Positions 32,989 to 41,361 of a DNA stretch of 64,000 nt are shown piece by piece. The DNA lies in contig JACPIA010000004.1 in assembly GCA_016188295.1 (NCBI GenBank), forward strand, positions 42,478 to 106,477, given 5' to 3'. Below the pieces are notes generated by a model. It made no database searches. It was not told the origin of the DNA and saw only the letters and a program-made list of their open reading frames with translations. Within the stretch, counting starts at the first letter, position 1. The number at the start of each line of letters is the position of its first letter. This DNA comes from Candidatus Vogelbacteria bacterium. GTDB lineage: Bacteria > Patescibacteriota > Minisyncoccia > Phycocordibacterales > XYD1-FULL-46-19. A program made the position numbers and the translations under genes.

Positions 32989-33672
32989 ATGAGGATTAAC
33001 AAGTATTTAGCCAATCAGGGTTTGAGTACTCGTCGTGGCGCCGATGAGCTTATCGAGCGTGGTTTAGTGCTAATCAACGGCCGTAAGGCCAAACTAGGAG
33101 ACAAGGTGAACGAGACCGATAAGGTGGAACTTAAACCCCAGACTAAGAAAATAACTTATCGCTACTTTGCTTATCATAAGCCGCGCGGAGTAGTCACTCA
33201 CTCGCCCCAACTAGACGAGCTAGATGTGCTTGAGGCTAGTGGTCTTAAAAACGTCTTCCCGATTGGTCGCTTAGATAAATCCTCCACCGGTTTGATTATT
33301 TTGACCAATGATGGGCGAGTAACGGATCGTCTGCTTAATCCCAGTAAAGAGCACGAGAAAGAGTATGAAGTAACCGTGGCCGAGGTGTTGAAACCGAGTT
33401 TTGAAGATAAAATGTCTCGCGGTGTGCGACTAGAAGATTATACCACTAAACCGTGCCAGGTGATCGTTTTAAACGACTATACTTTTAGAATTACTTTAAC
33501 TGAGGGTAAAAAACATCAGATCCGCCGGATGTGCGCGGCTCTAGGTTATGTTACTCGTGACTTAAAACGAACGCGAATTTTGAATCTTAAATTAGCCAAT
33601 ATGCGCGCTGGCACTTACCGTGAAATTCACAGTGGCGAATTGGCATCTTTTTTAAAATTATTAGGATTATAA
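32989..33672 (+). CDS. pseudouridine synthase, RsuA/RluB family (S4 + PseudoU_synth_2)
   Basis: S4 domain MRINKYLANQGLSTRRGADELIERGLVLING; catalytic-region GRLDKSSTGLIILTNDG. Confidence 0.85.
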   Translation: MRINKYLANQGLSTRRGADELIERGLVLINGRKAKLGDKVNETDKVELKPQTKKITYRYFAYHKPRGVVTHSPQLDELDVLEASGLKNVFPIGRLDKSSTGLIILTNDGRVTDRLLNPSKEHEKEYEVTVAEVLKPSFEDKMSRGVRLEDYTTKPCQVIVLNDYTFRITLTEGKKHQIRRMCAALGYVTRDLKRTRILNLKLANMRAGTYREIHSGELASFLKLLGL

Positions 33673-33717
33673 TTTATTTTGGGAATTAATTAATTTTATG
33701 GCATAGTCTATACATAT

Positions 33718-33788
33718 TGCCAGATCGTCTAATGGTAGGACATCGCCCTCTGAAGGCGAGTATCTTGGTTCGAATCCAAGTCTGGCAG
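33718..33788 (+). tRNA. tRNA-Gln (anticodon CTG), U1:A72
   Basis: TGCCAGA...anticodon loop CTCTGAA...TTCGAAT...TCTGGCA-G. Confidence 0.75.
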
Positions 33789-33791
33789 CCC

Positions 33792-33820
33792 TTGCATATA
33801 CCCCTAGGGGGGTATATAAT
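33792..33820 (+). promoter_or_regulatory. promoter TTGCAT-17-TATAAT with CsoR-type operator palindrome ATATACCCC-TA-GGGGGGTATAT (33796-33817) in the spacer
   Basis: hexamers, spacing and palindrome read directly; resembles known CsoR operators (GC-tract pseudo-palindromes such as B. subtilis copZA TACCC..GGGGGTA). Confidence 0.6.
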
Positions 33821-33829
33821 ATAAAATAT

Positions 33830-34096
33830 ATGGAAAACAAAAATAAAAAGAGACTGGTACGGCGACTAAAACTCATTGAGGGTCAAATCAGAGGCCTCCA
33901 AAAGCTAGTCGAGAATGATACTTATTGTATTGATGTAATTACCCAAACCTCAGCAGTGAAACAGGGGTTGTCTAACATTGAGGATTTATTACTTGAAAAT
34001 CATCTTGATCGTTGTGTCCATCATCAGATGAAAACTGGCCAAATGATCAAAGCCAAATCCGAGATCATCAAAGTTTATAAGTTAAAGCGAAAATAA
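33830..34096 (+). CDS. csoR: CsoR/RcnR-family copper-sensing transcriptional repressor
   Basis: 88 aa; RLKLIEGQIRGL..., ligand Cys (YCIDV) and HLDRCVHH. Confidence 0.85.
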   Translation: MENKNKKRLVRRLKLIEGQIRGLQKLVENDTYCIDVITQTSAVKQGLSNIEDLLLENHLDRCVHHQMKTGQMIKAKSEIIKVYKLKRK

Positions 34097-34097
34097 T

Positions 34098-36392
34098 ATG
34101 CAAACACAAACATATAGAGTCAAAGGAATGCATTGTGCCTCCTGTTCGGCGATCATCGAAAAGACTTTTAAAAAGATTGAAGGTGTGCATTCTGTGGAAG
34201 TTAATTACGGTACGGAAAAAGCAAAAATTTCTTTTGACTCTTCAAAGACCAACCCCCACGACCTGTCCAAACACATCAAATCTCTCGGTTATTCATTAGA
34301 CATTCCTACTATTGCTGAAGAAATGGGAATATCTCCAGACGAACACGCGACACACGTGGGATTCAATCAGTCTAAAAAAGAAAAGCTTGCAGAAGTGACA
34401 GATATGCGAGCAAAGGTATTTTCTGCTATCCCGCTCGCTACTGTTGCCGCCCTGGTGATGGGTTGGGATATTCTCGCTCAATATGGTGTCGTAGCAGAAA
34501 TGAGTTACACAATCAAAGAGTTTTTCCATCATTTGCTCCCAATACTGGCCACTTATGTCTTATTTGTGGTCGGTAAGCCCTACCTACTTGGTTTTTATAG
34601 ATTCTTGCGATATGGAAAGGCTAACATGGACACCCTTATCGGCATCGGTACCGTTGCCGCTTTTCTGTACAGTTTTACAGTCACCGCTTTTGAAGAAGCT
34701 CTTCGATCTTTCATAAATGTCGATTACCAATATTATGATGTGACAATCGTGGTCATTACTTTTATTGCGCTTGGTAAGTATCTGGAGGCTCGATCTAAAA
34801 TAAAAACAGGTGATGCGATTGAGAAACTGCTCAATCTTCAAGCTAAAACCGCTCTGGTTATTCGGGATGGAAGAGAGATAGAAATTTCAGTTAATGATGT
34901 CAAACATGGAGACTTAGTTATTGTCAAGCCCGGTGCCAAAATTCCAGTTGATGGCGTAATAATTGAAGGGAGGTCTTTTATTGATGAGTCGATGGTGACT
35001 GGCGAGCCAATGCCTGTATCGAAAAAAGTTGATGATGGTATTGTGTCTGGGACGATCAATACAAGCGGTTCCTTCACTTTTAAAGCGACTAAAGTCGGAT
35101 CCGAAACACTTCTGGCTCAGATCATAAAAATGGTTGAGGCCGCTCAAGGCAGTAAGGCTCCAATCCAAGCACTGGCAGATAAAATTTCAGCGGTCTTCGT
35201 CCCTATTGTTCTAGTGATTGCCTTTCTTGCTCTCGGCGGATGGCTCATTGTCGGGTCGCAGTATCTGGGATTTTCTCAAGCTTTATCGTTTGGTCTAGTA
35301 TCGTTTGTTGGCATTTTAGTGATCGCTTGTCCGTGCGCTCTAGGATTGGCTACGCCTACTGCAATCATTGTTGGAGTGGGTAAAGGAGCCAAAGAAGGAA
35401 TACTGATTAAAGATGCCGCCACACTGGAGAAATTGCATAAGGTAAATACGGTCGTTGTAGACAAAACAGGCACGATTACCAAAGGTAAACCGACATTGGT
35501 TGATATACAGAATCTTTCTGGCCTAAAAAATGACGAGATTGTGTCTATTCTTGCTTCTCTCGAAAGGAAATCAGAGCATCCGATTGCTCATGCGATTGTT
35601 AATTATGCAGAGGAGAAGAATATCTCTTTTGCAGATGTTTCTAATTTTGAGAGTATTCAAGGTAAGGGTCTCAAGGGAACGATAAATGGCACAGAATACT
35701 TTGTTGGTAATACAAAACTCATAAGCGACCTGAGGATCTCATTTGATGGTTCAAAATTGAATGAATTTACTTCGCAAGGTAAGACACCAGTTATTCTGGC
35801 GACAAAAGAAAAAGTGTTGGGTTTTGTGATGGTGGCTGATGAGATAAAACAAGAATCAAAGCAAGCAGTAACCGATCTTCACCAGTTAGGTATTAAAGTG
35901 GTAATGCTCACCGGAGATGACGAACAAGCGGCCAAACATATTGCTTCGTCGGTAAATATTGATGACGTTGTTGCTCATGTCCTACCACAAGATAAGCTCG
36001 AAAAGATAAAAGTTTTGCAATTACAAGGTCGAGTGGTTGCCATGGCCGGTGATGGAGTAAATGATGCTCCCGCTCTGGCTCAAGCGGATGTGGGTATCGC
36101 CATGGGGACTGGGACAGATGTGGCAATAGAGTCGGCTGGTATTACGCTTCTTGGCGGCGATATTTCAAAATTAGTCAAGGCGATTAAATTGTCGAAGATC
36201 ACTATGAGAGGAATTAAACAAAATCTCTTTTGGGCTTTTGTCTACAACATCGTTGGCATTCCACTAGCAGCCGGCATCTTGTATCCAGTCTTTGGCTGGC
36301 TTTTGAATCCGGTGTTTGCTGGTTTTGCTATGGCCATGTCGAGTGTCTCGGTGGTGTCGAATTCACTTAGGATTAAAGCAAAAAAAATATAA
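34098..36392 (+). CDS. copA: copper-translocating P1B-type ATPase
   Basis: N-terminal HMA (GMHCASCS), TM CPC motif, DKTGTIT phosphorylation site, GDGVNDAP. Confidence 0.95.
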   Translation: MQTQTYRVKGMHCASCSAIIEKTFKKIEGVHSVEVNYGTEKAKISFDSSKTNPHDLSKHIKSLGYSLDIPTIAEEMGISPDEHATHVGFNQSKKEKLAEVTDMRAKVFSAIPLATVAALVMGWDILAQYGVVAEMSYTIKEFFHHLLPILATYVLFVVGKPYLLGFYRFLRYGKANMDTLIGIGTVAAFLYSFTVTAFEEALRSFINVDYQYYDVTIVVITFIALGKYLEARSKIKTGDAIEKLLNLQAKTALVIRDGREIEISVNDVKHGDLVIVKPGAKIPVDGVIIEGRSFIDESMVTGEPMPVSKKVDDGIVSGTINTSGSFTFKATKVGSETLLAQIIKMVEAAQGSKAPIQALADKISAVFVPIVLVIAFLALGGWLIVGSQYLGFSQALSFGLVSFVGILVIACPCALGLATPTAIIVGVGKGAKEGILIKDAATLEKLHKVNTVVVDKTGTITKGKPTLVDIQNLSGLKNDEIVSILASLERKSEHPIAHAIVNYAEEKNISFADVSNFESIQGKGLKGTINGTEYFVGNTKLISDLRISFDGSKLNEFTSQGKTPVILATKEKVLGFVMVADEIKQESKQAVTDLHQLGIKVVMLTGDDEQAAKHIASSVNIDDVVAHVLPQDKLEKIKVLQLQGRVVAMAGDGVNDAPALAQADVGIAMGTGTDVAIESAGITLLGGDISKLVKAIKLSKITMRGIKQNLFWAFVYNIVGIPLAAGILYPVFGWLLNPVFAGFAMAMSSVSVVSNSLRIKAKKI

Positions 36393-36394
36393 AT

Positions 36395-37408
36395 ATGCAT
36401 ACAAAAAATTATACCTTCCATATTTCTGGTACTCATTGCCCCTCATGCAAAATCTTTATTGAAGACACTCTCAATCAACAAATCGGCATTCAACAGACGT
36501 ACGTTGATTTGAAACACGAAATTATCTCGATCGAAACCACCCTGGATGAGAGTCAACACCAGCTGGCGGAGATACTAACAGAGAAGATTAAACGTAATGG
36601 CTACTTTCTTTCCGTTGAGAAAAAAGCTAAAACTAATAGTGCTAATGGAGTAATCTGGCGGGCATTGCCAATCGGACTGGCTCTTCTGGGATTGTTTTTT
36701 ATCATCCAAAAGTCAGGGGTGCTGAATTTTGGTTTAGGTGGAACCGTAACGCCAATCACCAGTTTTATAATTGGCTTAGTAGCGTCCGTCTCAAGTTGTC
36801 TAGCGATGGTCGGAGGATTGGTTTTATCTCTTTCCGCCACGGTGTCACAGGACAAAATAAGTGACGTCAAACCAATGATGCTTTTCCATGGAGGCCGTCT
36901 TATCAGTTTTGCGGTATTTGGCGGTTTGCTTGGTGCGATTGGCGGGGCTATTGGCATCAGTTTTACCATCACCGCGATACTGGGGATTATTGCATCAGTC
37001 GTAATGATTGTACTCGGACTTAATTTGGTAGGAGTGTTTAAGAATAACCTGATCGCTTTACCATCGGGAGTCTTTAGTTTTTTCCGTCAAATGGAGCACA
37101 AGACGATAGCCCCGTTATTGATTGGTGTCGGTACTTTTTTCCTACCATGTGGCTTTACTCAAGCGATGCAAGTGGCCGCCTTGGCTAGTGGTTCATTTTT
37201 TTCGGGATCTCTGATTATGACGGTTTTTGCTTTAGGTACGCTTCCAATGCTGGCTTTGCTATCGTTTGGTTCCGCATCGTTCGCTGGATCAAAATATGCT
37301 CCGCTTTTCTTCAAATCGGCGGGAGTTTTAGTGATTGGTCTCGGAGTCTTTGCTTTTTTGGCCGGATTGGCCGGATTGGGTATTATTGATCCTTTATTCA
37401 ACATCTAA
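36395..37408 (+). CDS. HMA-domain (CPSC) fused to DsbD_2/CcdA-like multi-TM membrane protein (putative metal/thiol transporter)
   Basis: N-term GTHCPSCKIFIED; about 6 TM with intramembrane Cys (SSCLAM, LPCGF); translationally coupled to copA. Confidence 0.55.
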   Translation: MHTKNYTFHISGTHCPSCKIFIEDTLNQQIGIQQTYVDLKHEIISIETTLDESQHQLAEILTEKIKRNGYFLSVEKKAKTNSANGVIWRALPIGLALLGLFFIIQKSGVLNFGLGGTVTPITSFIIGLVASVSSCLAMVGGLVLSLSATVSQDKISDVKPMMLFHGGRLISFAVFGGLLGAIGGAIGISFTITAILGIIASVVMIVLGLNLVGVFKNNLIALPSGVFSFFRQMEHKTIAPLLIGVGTFFLPCGFTQAMQVAALASGSFFSGSLIMTVFALGTLPMLALLSFGSASFAGSKYAPLFFKSAGVLVIGLGVFAFLAGLAGLGIIDPLFNI

Positions 37409-37426
37409 TTTTATTAATCACAGTTT

Positions 37427-37825
37427 ATGCTAAAAAGTACTATTATATCCTTTGTCGTCAGTATTGCTCTCGTTGGGGGGACCTTTTATCTTATCTCCGA
37501 CAGGTCGGCATTTTCGAATAGCGAAATGGTACCATCACAGAATATCGAGATCAAAGATGGTGTGCAGTATGTGACTATAATCGCAAAGGGCGGTTATTCT
37601 CCGCGGGTCACTTCAATCAAAGAAGGACTGCCCACCAAGTTGGTTGTAAAAACAGCTGGTACTTACGATTGCTCGGCTTCGCTGATCGTCCGCTCGGTTG
37701 GTTTCCAAAAAATATTACCACCAACCGGTGAAGAAGTTATTGATCTGGGCATCTTAAAATCGGGCGAGAAAGTATTGGGTGTCTGCGGAATGGGAATGTA
37801 CAGTTTCCAAATCAAAGTAAACTGA
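37427..37825 (+). CDS. membrane-anchored cupredoxin_1-like small copper-binding protein
   Basis: N-terminal TM; C-terminal VLGVCGMGMYSF resembling C-x-GH/M-G-M metal site of Cupredoxin_1 family; operon context. Confidence 0.45.
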   Translation: MLKSTIISFVVSIALVGGTFYLISDRSAFSNSEMVPSQNIEIKDGVQYVTIIAKGGYSPRVTSIKEGLPTKLVVKTAGTYDCSASLIVRSVGFQKILPPTGEEVIDLGILKSGEKVLGVCGMGMYSFQIKVN

Positions 37826-37937
37826 TCAAGCTGAGCTTGTCGAAGCTTAACACGCTATGCTATGCTAGGCAGGTATTAAGAAACGCAGCCCGAGTCGAGT
37901 CTCTCTATACATCTATAAGCAAACTAAAAACAATACA

Positions 37938-38135
37938 ATGACTGGTACAATCAAAACTTTGACGGAGAAGGGATTTGGCTTTATTGCTCGCGAAGGCGAG
38001 GCTAAAGACCTCTTTTTTCACTCTAAGGAGTTAGTGGGTGTTACCTACGATGAGCTCAAAGTTGGCGATACGCTAACTTTTGAGGTGGTCGATGGTGAGA
38101 AAGGCCCGGCGGCAGTAAACGTCTCCCGCGCCTAA
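37938..38135 (+). CDS. cold-shock protein (CspA family)
   Basis: 65 aa; GTIKTLTEKGFGFI RNP1, FFHSKEL RNP2-like. Confidence 0.9.
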   Translation: MTGTIKTLTEKGFGFIAREGEAKDLFFHSKELVGVTYDELKVGDTLTFEVVDGEKGPAAVNVSRA

Positions 38136-38147
38136 CGCTCACAAAAA

Positions 38148-38183
38148 ACCACCCTTCGACAAGTTCAGGGTGGTTTTTTTGTG
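38148..38183 (+). terminator. intrinsic terminator (accaccc...gggtggt + TTTTTTT)
   Basis: read directly after csp stop. Confidence 0.65.
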
Positions 38184-38196
38184 AATAATGTTTAAT

Positions 38197-38922
38197 CTAA
38201 TGTAATTGCCCGTAAACACAAATACTGCGGCGTTTGGCCGGACGACCACGGATGAGGTGACGATGCGATTTAACGATTTTGTGAATGGTAAAATGAGGTG
38301 CGAGCAAATCAATTAACTCTCGCTCGTTAAAGGCGTGTTCGGCGACGCCGATTTTAGGATGGATGTAGGAGCCTGGCTCATCAGCCGGGTGCTCGCGCAA
38401 TAGTCGTTTAGCATGCTCATCCTCGTCGAGCAAAAAAGTTTTAATAAATAAATAACCTCCTGATTTAAGGACGCGGACAATTTCATTAAGCACTTTGGCT
38501 CGCTCTGGTGTGGTGAGAAAGTGGGAGGTCATCATATCTAACACTAGAGCTTGAGAGGCGGTGGCAAGCGGCAAGGGCTCGGCAATCGAGCGTACCTGAT
38601 AAGTTAGATCTAAGCCTTTGCTGTTGGTTAGCGCTTGATTAATAGCCTCGCGAGCAATATCATAACCAACACCGTTCATTCCAAACTCTTTAGCCAAGTA
38701 AATTAAATTACGACCGTTGCCGGCGCCCAAGTCGAGGACGGAATTATGCTTATGTAAAACGCGCTGGCCGCTCTCGCGGATCAACCAACGGGTAAATTTG
38801 ATCAAATCCTCACTGGGGTTGTCGGACAGAGCCAGATTTTGGGCGTATTGATATTCCTTATTCCAAAAACCGGCGACTGGTTTTTTGCCCTCACGTTTAT
38901 AATGGCGAAAGTTTTTCTTCAT
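38197..38922 (-). CDS. class I SAM-dependent methyltransferase
   Basis: motif I VLDLGAGNGRN; 241 aa. Confidence 0.8.
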   Translation of the reverse strand: MKKNFRHYKREGKKPVAGFWNKEYQYAQNLALSDNPSEDLIKFTRWLIRESGQRVLHKHNSVLDLGAGNGRNLIYLAKEFGMNGVGYDIAREAINQALTNSKGLDLTYQVRSIAEPLPLATASQALVLDMMTSHFLTTPERAKVLNEIVRVLKSGGYLFIKTFLLDEDEHAKRLLREHPADEPGSYIHPKIGVAEHAFNERELIDLLAPHFTIHKIVKSHRHLIRGRPAKRRSICVYGQLH

Positions 38923-38947
38923 TACGCTCCATGCTACACTGCTTGCT

Positions 38948-39694
38948 ATGGCCGGTCAATTAACTTTTATTTATGGAAAACACGCTTTGTTTGAGGCTTT
39001 AACCAGTGTCCCTCACGTGGTAGAGCGAGTTTTTGTGGTACCACCATTTAATGATGGACGATTAAACGAGTTGATTAAACGAGCAGGCATTAGTTTAACT
39101 AAAGTCCAGGCTAATACTTTACCGCGAGGTATTGATCCGACAGTGGTGCATCAAAATGTGATTGCCGAAATATCAGTTAAAAAATTAATGTGTCAATTTG
39201 ATCATTTTATCGAAGAGTTGATGGTAACTTCAAGCACCGCTTTAGTGTTACTGGGAGAAATTGAGGATCCGCAGAATGTCGGAGCGATTATTCGGAGCGC
39301 GGCCGCTTTGGGCGCGGCGGGGATTTTAATTTCCGAGCATCATCAAGCTCAAATTAGTGGTGCGGTGATTAAAGTGTCGGCGGGGATGGCGTTTAAAATC
39401 CCTTTAATTGCAATCAGCAATATTAATCACACTTTGCGCGAGCTCAAAGATAAGGGTTTTTGGATTTATGGATTAAGTGAGACGGCGGAGATGTCACTAG
39501 CCAGCGAACGTTTTGATCGGCCGAGTGTTTTTGTGTTGGGTAATGAGAGTGAGGGGATACGTCAAAAAACGCTTGAGACTTGCGATATTTTACTTAAAAT
39601 CCCGATTAGTTCTCATGCCGACTCCCTTAATGTCGCCACCGCCGCCGCTATAACGCTTTACGCTTGGAGTACTCAACATCCACAGGTTTTGTAA
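38948..39694 (+). CDS. SpoU/TrmH-family RNA 2'-O-methyltransferase (RlmB-like)
   Basis: LGEIEDPQNVGAIIRSAAALGAAGIL, SPOUT knot motifs VLGNESEG, LNVATAAAITLY. Confidence 0.85.
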   Translation: MAGQLTFIYGKHALFEALTSVPHVVERVFVVPPFNDGRLNELIKRAGISLTKVQANTLPRGIDPTVVHQNVIAEISVKKLMCQFDHFIEELMVTSSTALVLLGEIEDPQNVGAIIRSAAALGAAGILISEHHQAQISGAVIKVSAGMAFKIPLIAISNINHTLRELKDKGFWIYGLSETAEMSLASERFDRPSVFVLGNESEGIRQKTLETCDILLKIPISSHADSLNVATAAAITLYAWSTQHPQVL

Positions 39695-39796
39695 TAAAAA
39701 ACTTTACATTACTTATTTTTTAGTCTATATTCCATAGTTGGAGGGTCGCCTGGGCGACCCCATAACAATCAGGTCTTTTACTAAGGAGAATTATAA

Positions 39797-40447
39797 GTGG
39801 GAAAATATCAGCCTCGTTTGTTGCATCTTCATCCGCTACGTCTCTTACTGCTGGTAGTATCGCTTCCTGGAGCGGGAAAGGGGACTCTTTACAAAAACGT
39901 CTTGGCGCGGATTCCCGGTTTGAAATATTGGGAATGTAGCGCTTTACTCCGAGAGGTATACGGGCAATTCAATGGGAATAGTCTGTTTACTGATGATCAG
40001 GTTTGGGGTGTTTTACAACCAACACTGCATAGACTGGCAACCGCTACCGGATATAATCTGTATTGTCTTGATGGAGCGGTGCGTACCGGAGGTCAAGCTA
40101 AGCGGATGATTGATTGGGCTCGTGCCAATCACTGTTCTTTGATTATTTTGCATCAGGATGTTTCCGAAGAAGAGTGCCTCCGGCGGATGCTGGAACGTGG
40201 TCGCAACGGTGAAAGGACCGAGGAACAATGTCGCGTTAGGATGGGTAATCTTTTACCGGGGACCAAGAAGGCATTGAAAGTCCTACGGGCGGAGACGGAC
40301 ATCGCTCTCTATGTACCTGTTGATGGAGAAGGGAGTGCCAGCCAGACAGCAGAAAATGCTATCAAGCGTTTAAGGAAAGTGGGAATCACTGTTGCTACTG
40401 ATCCCATTAGTCGTCTATCACAAGCGTTTACTGGATCAGGTAGCTAA
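39797..40447 (+). CDS. adenylate-kinase-like NMP kinase (short LID), GC-elevated relative to neighbours
   Basis: GTG start 7 nt after AAGGAG; P-loop LPGAGKGT, LDGAVRTGGQA (LDGxPRT-like), Arg-rich LID RRMLERGRNGERTEEQCRVR; codon usage visibly richer in G/C. Confidence 0.6.
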   Translation: MGKYQPRLLHLHPLRLLLLVVSLPGAGKGTLYKNVLARIPGLKYWECSALLREVYGQFNGNSLFTDDQVWGVLQPTLHRLATATGYNLYCLDGAVRTGGQAKRMIDWARANHCSLIILHQDVSEEECLRRMLERGRNGERTEEQCRVRMGNLLPGTKKALKVLRAETDIALYVPVDGEGSASQTAENAIKRLRKVGITVATDPISRLSQAFTGSGS

Positions 40448-40448
40448 G

Positions 40449-40865
40449 TTAGAAATTATTTTCTGTCCGACTCGGAGCTTTGCTCCGAGTCGGTTTTTTG
40501 TTGTTTAAATTAGCAATTAAATAATCTAACTTCTTTTCTAAACTGATCAAGTGGTCTTCATCTTTATCTAACTCTTTTTCCGTCTTCTCAATCAGTTTCT
40601 TTTCCCCCTTCAAGCCCGAAATAATAATATGATCGCCAATAAACATCGAGACAAATACGCCGCTAAAAAGCATAATCAGACTGCCGATAATAATCGACAT
40701 TGGGCCGCTCATGAACGGATAATTGTCGGCGGTATGCCAGACACCACGCCAAAAAAGCACTACTCCCACTCCGGTAACAAAAGCGTACCAAATTGGCCGA
40801 TGACTTAAGTAGCCACGGATATTATCTTCCGTGTGATCAAAAAAAAGTTTTAGTGATTTAAACAT
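40449..40865 (-). CDS. hypothetical two-TM membrane protein with charged coiled-coil-like C-terminus
   Basis: ORF with hydrophobic segments FVTGVGVVLFW and IIIGSLIMLFSGVFVSMFI. Confidence 0.45.
   Translation of the reverse strand: MFKSLKLFFDHTEDNIRGYLSHRPIWYAFVTGVGVVLFWRGVWHTADNYPFMSGPMSIIIGSLIMLFSGVFVSMFIGDHIIISGLKGEKKLIEKTEKELDKDEDHLISLEKKLDYLIANLNNKKPTRSKAPSRTENNF
40466..40499 (+). terminator. intrinsic terminator (CCGACTCGGAGC-tttg-GCTCCGAGTCGG + TTTTTT)
   Basis: read directly; overlaps the 3' coding end of the convergent minus-strand ORF. Confidence 0.6.
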
Positions 40866-40870
40866 AAATT

Positions 40871-41320
40871 TTAAAATAAATTATCTACTACTTCTTTAAC
40901 AACGGCACCATCGGCAGTACCACCACTAGCTTTAATAATTGCGCCGATTAAAATACCGGCTTTGGTTTTGTCAGTCACCTTAAGCTCTGTTTTTTTAGTC
41001 TCGGCGATTTTAATAATCTCTTCGCGCGACATTTGGGCCGGCAAGTAAGTTTGGAGAATGACCATCTCGGCGGTCTCATTGGCGACTAGATCGTCACGTC
41101 CACCCGCTTTAAATTGCTCAATCGAGTCTTGACGCTGGCGGGCTGCTCGCTTAATTACCGTTAAAGTTTCCTCATCGTTTAACAACTCATCCGGCTTACG
41201 ACTTTTGGCTACCAGCTCATTAGTCAAAGCCGAGGAGAGTCCTCGGACAACCGCTAATTTAACCGAATCCTTAGCTTTCATCGCTATCTTGATTTCATCT
41301 TTAATTTGTTGATGTAACAT
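40871..41320 (-). CDS. GatB/YqeY-domain protein
   Basis: 149 aa; typical YqeY pattern (AMKAKD..., LTVIKRAARQRQDSIEQF, EMVILQTYLP). Confidence 0.85.
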   Translation of the reverse strand: MLHQQIKDEIKIAMKAKDSVKLAVVRGLSSALTNELVAKSRKPDELLNDEETLTVIKRAARQRQDSIEQFKAGGRDDLVANETAEMVILQTYLPAQMSREEIIKIAETKKTELKVTDKTKAGILIGAIIKASGGTADGAVVKEVVDNLF

Positions 41321-41361
41321 ATAGAGACTATTGTACCAAAATTACGTTATACTGCCACTAT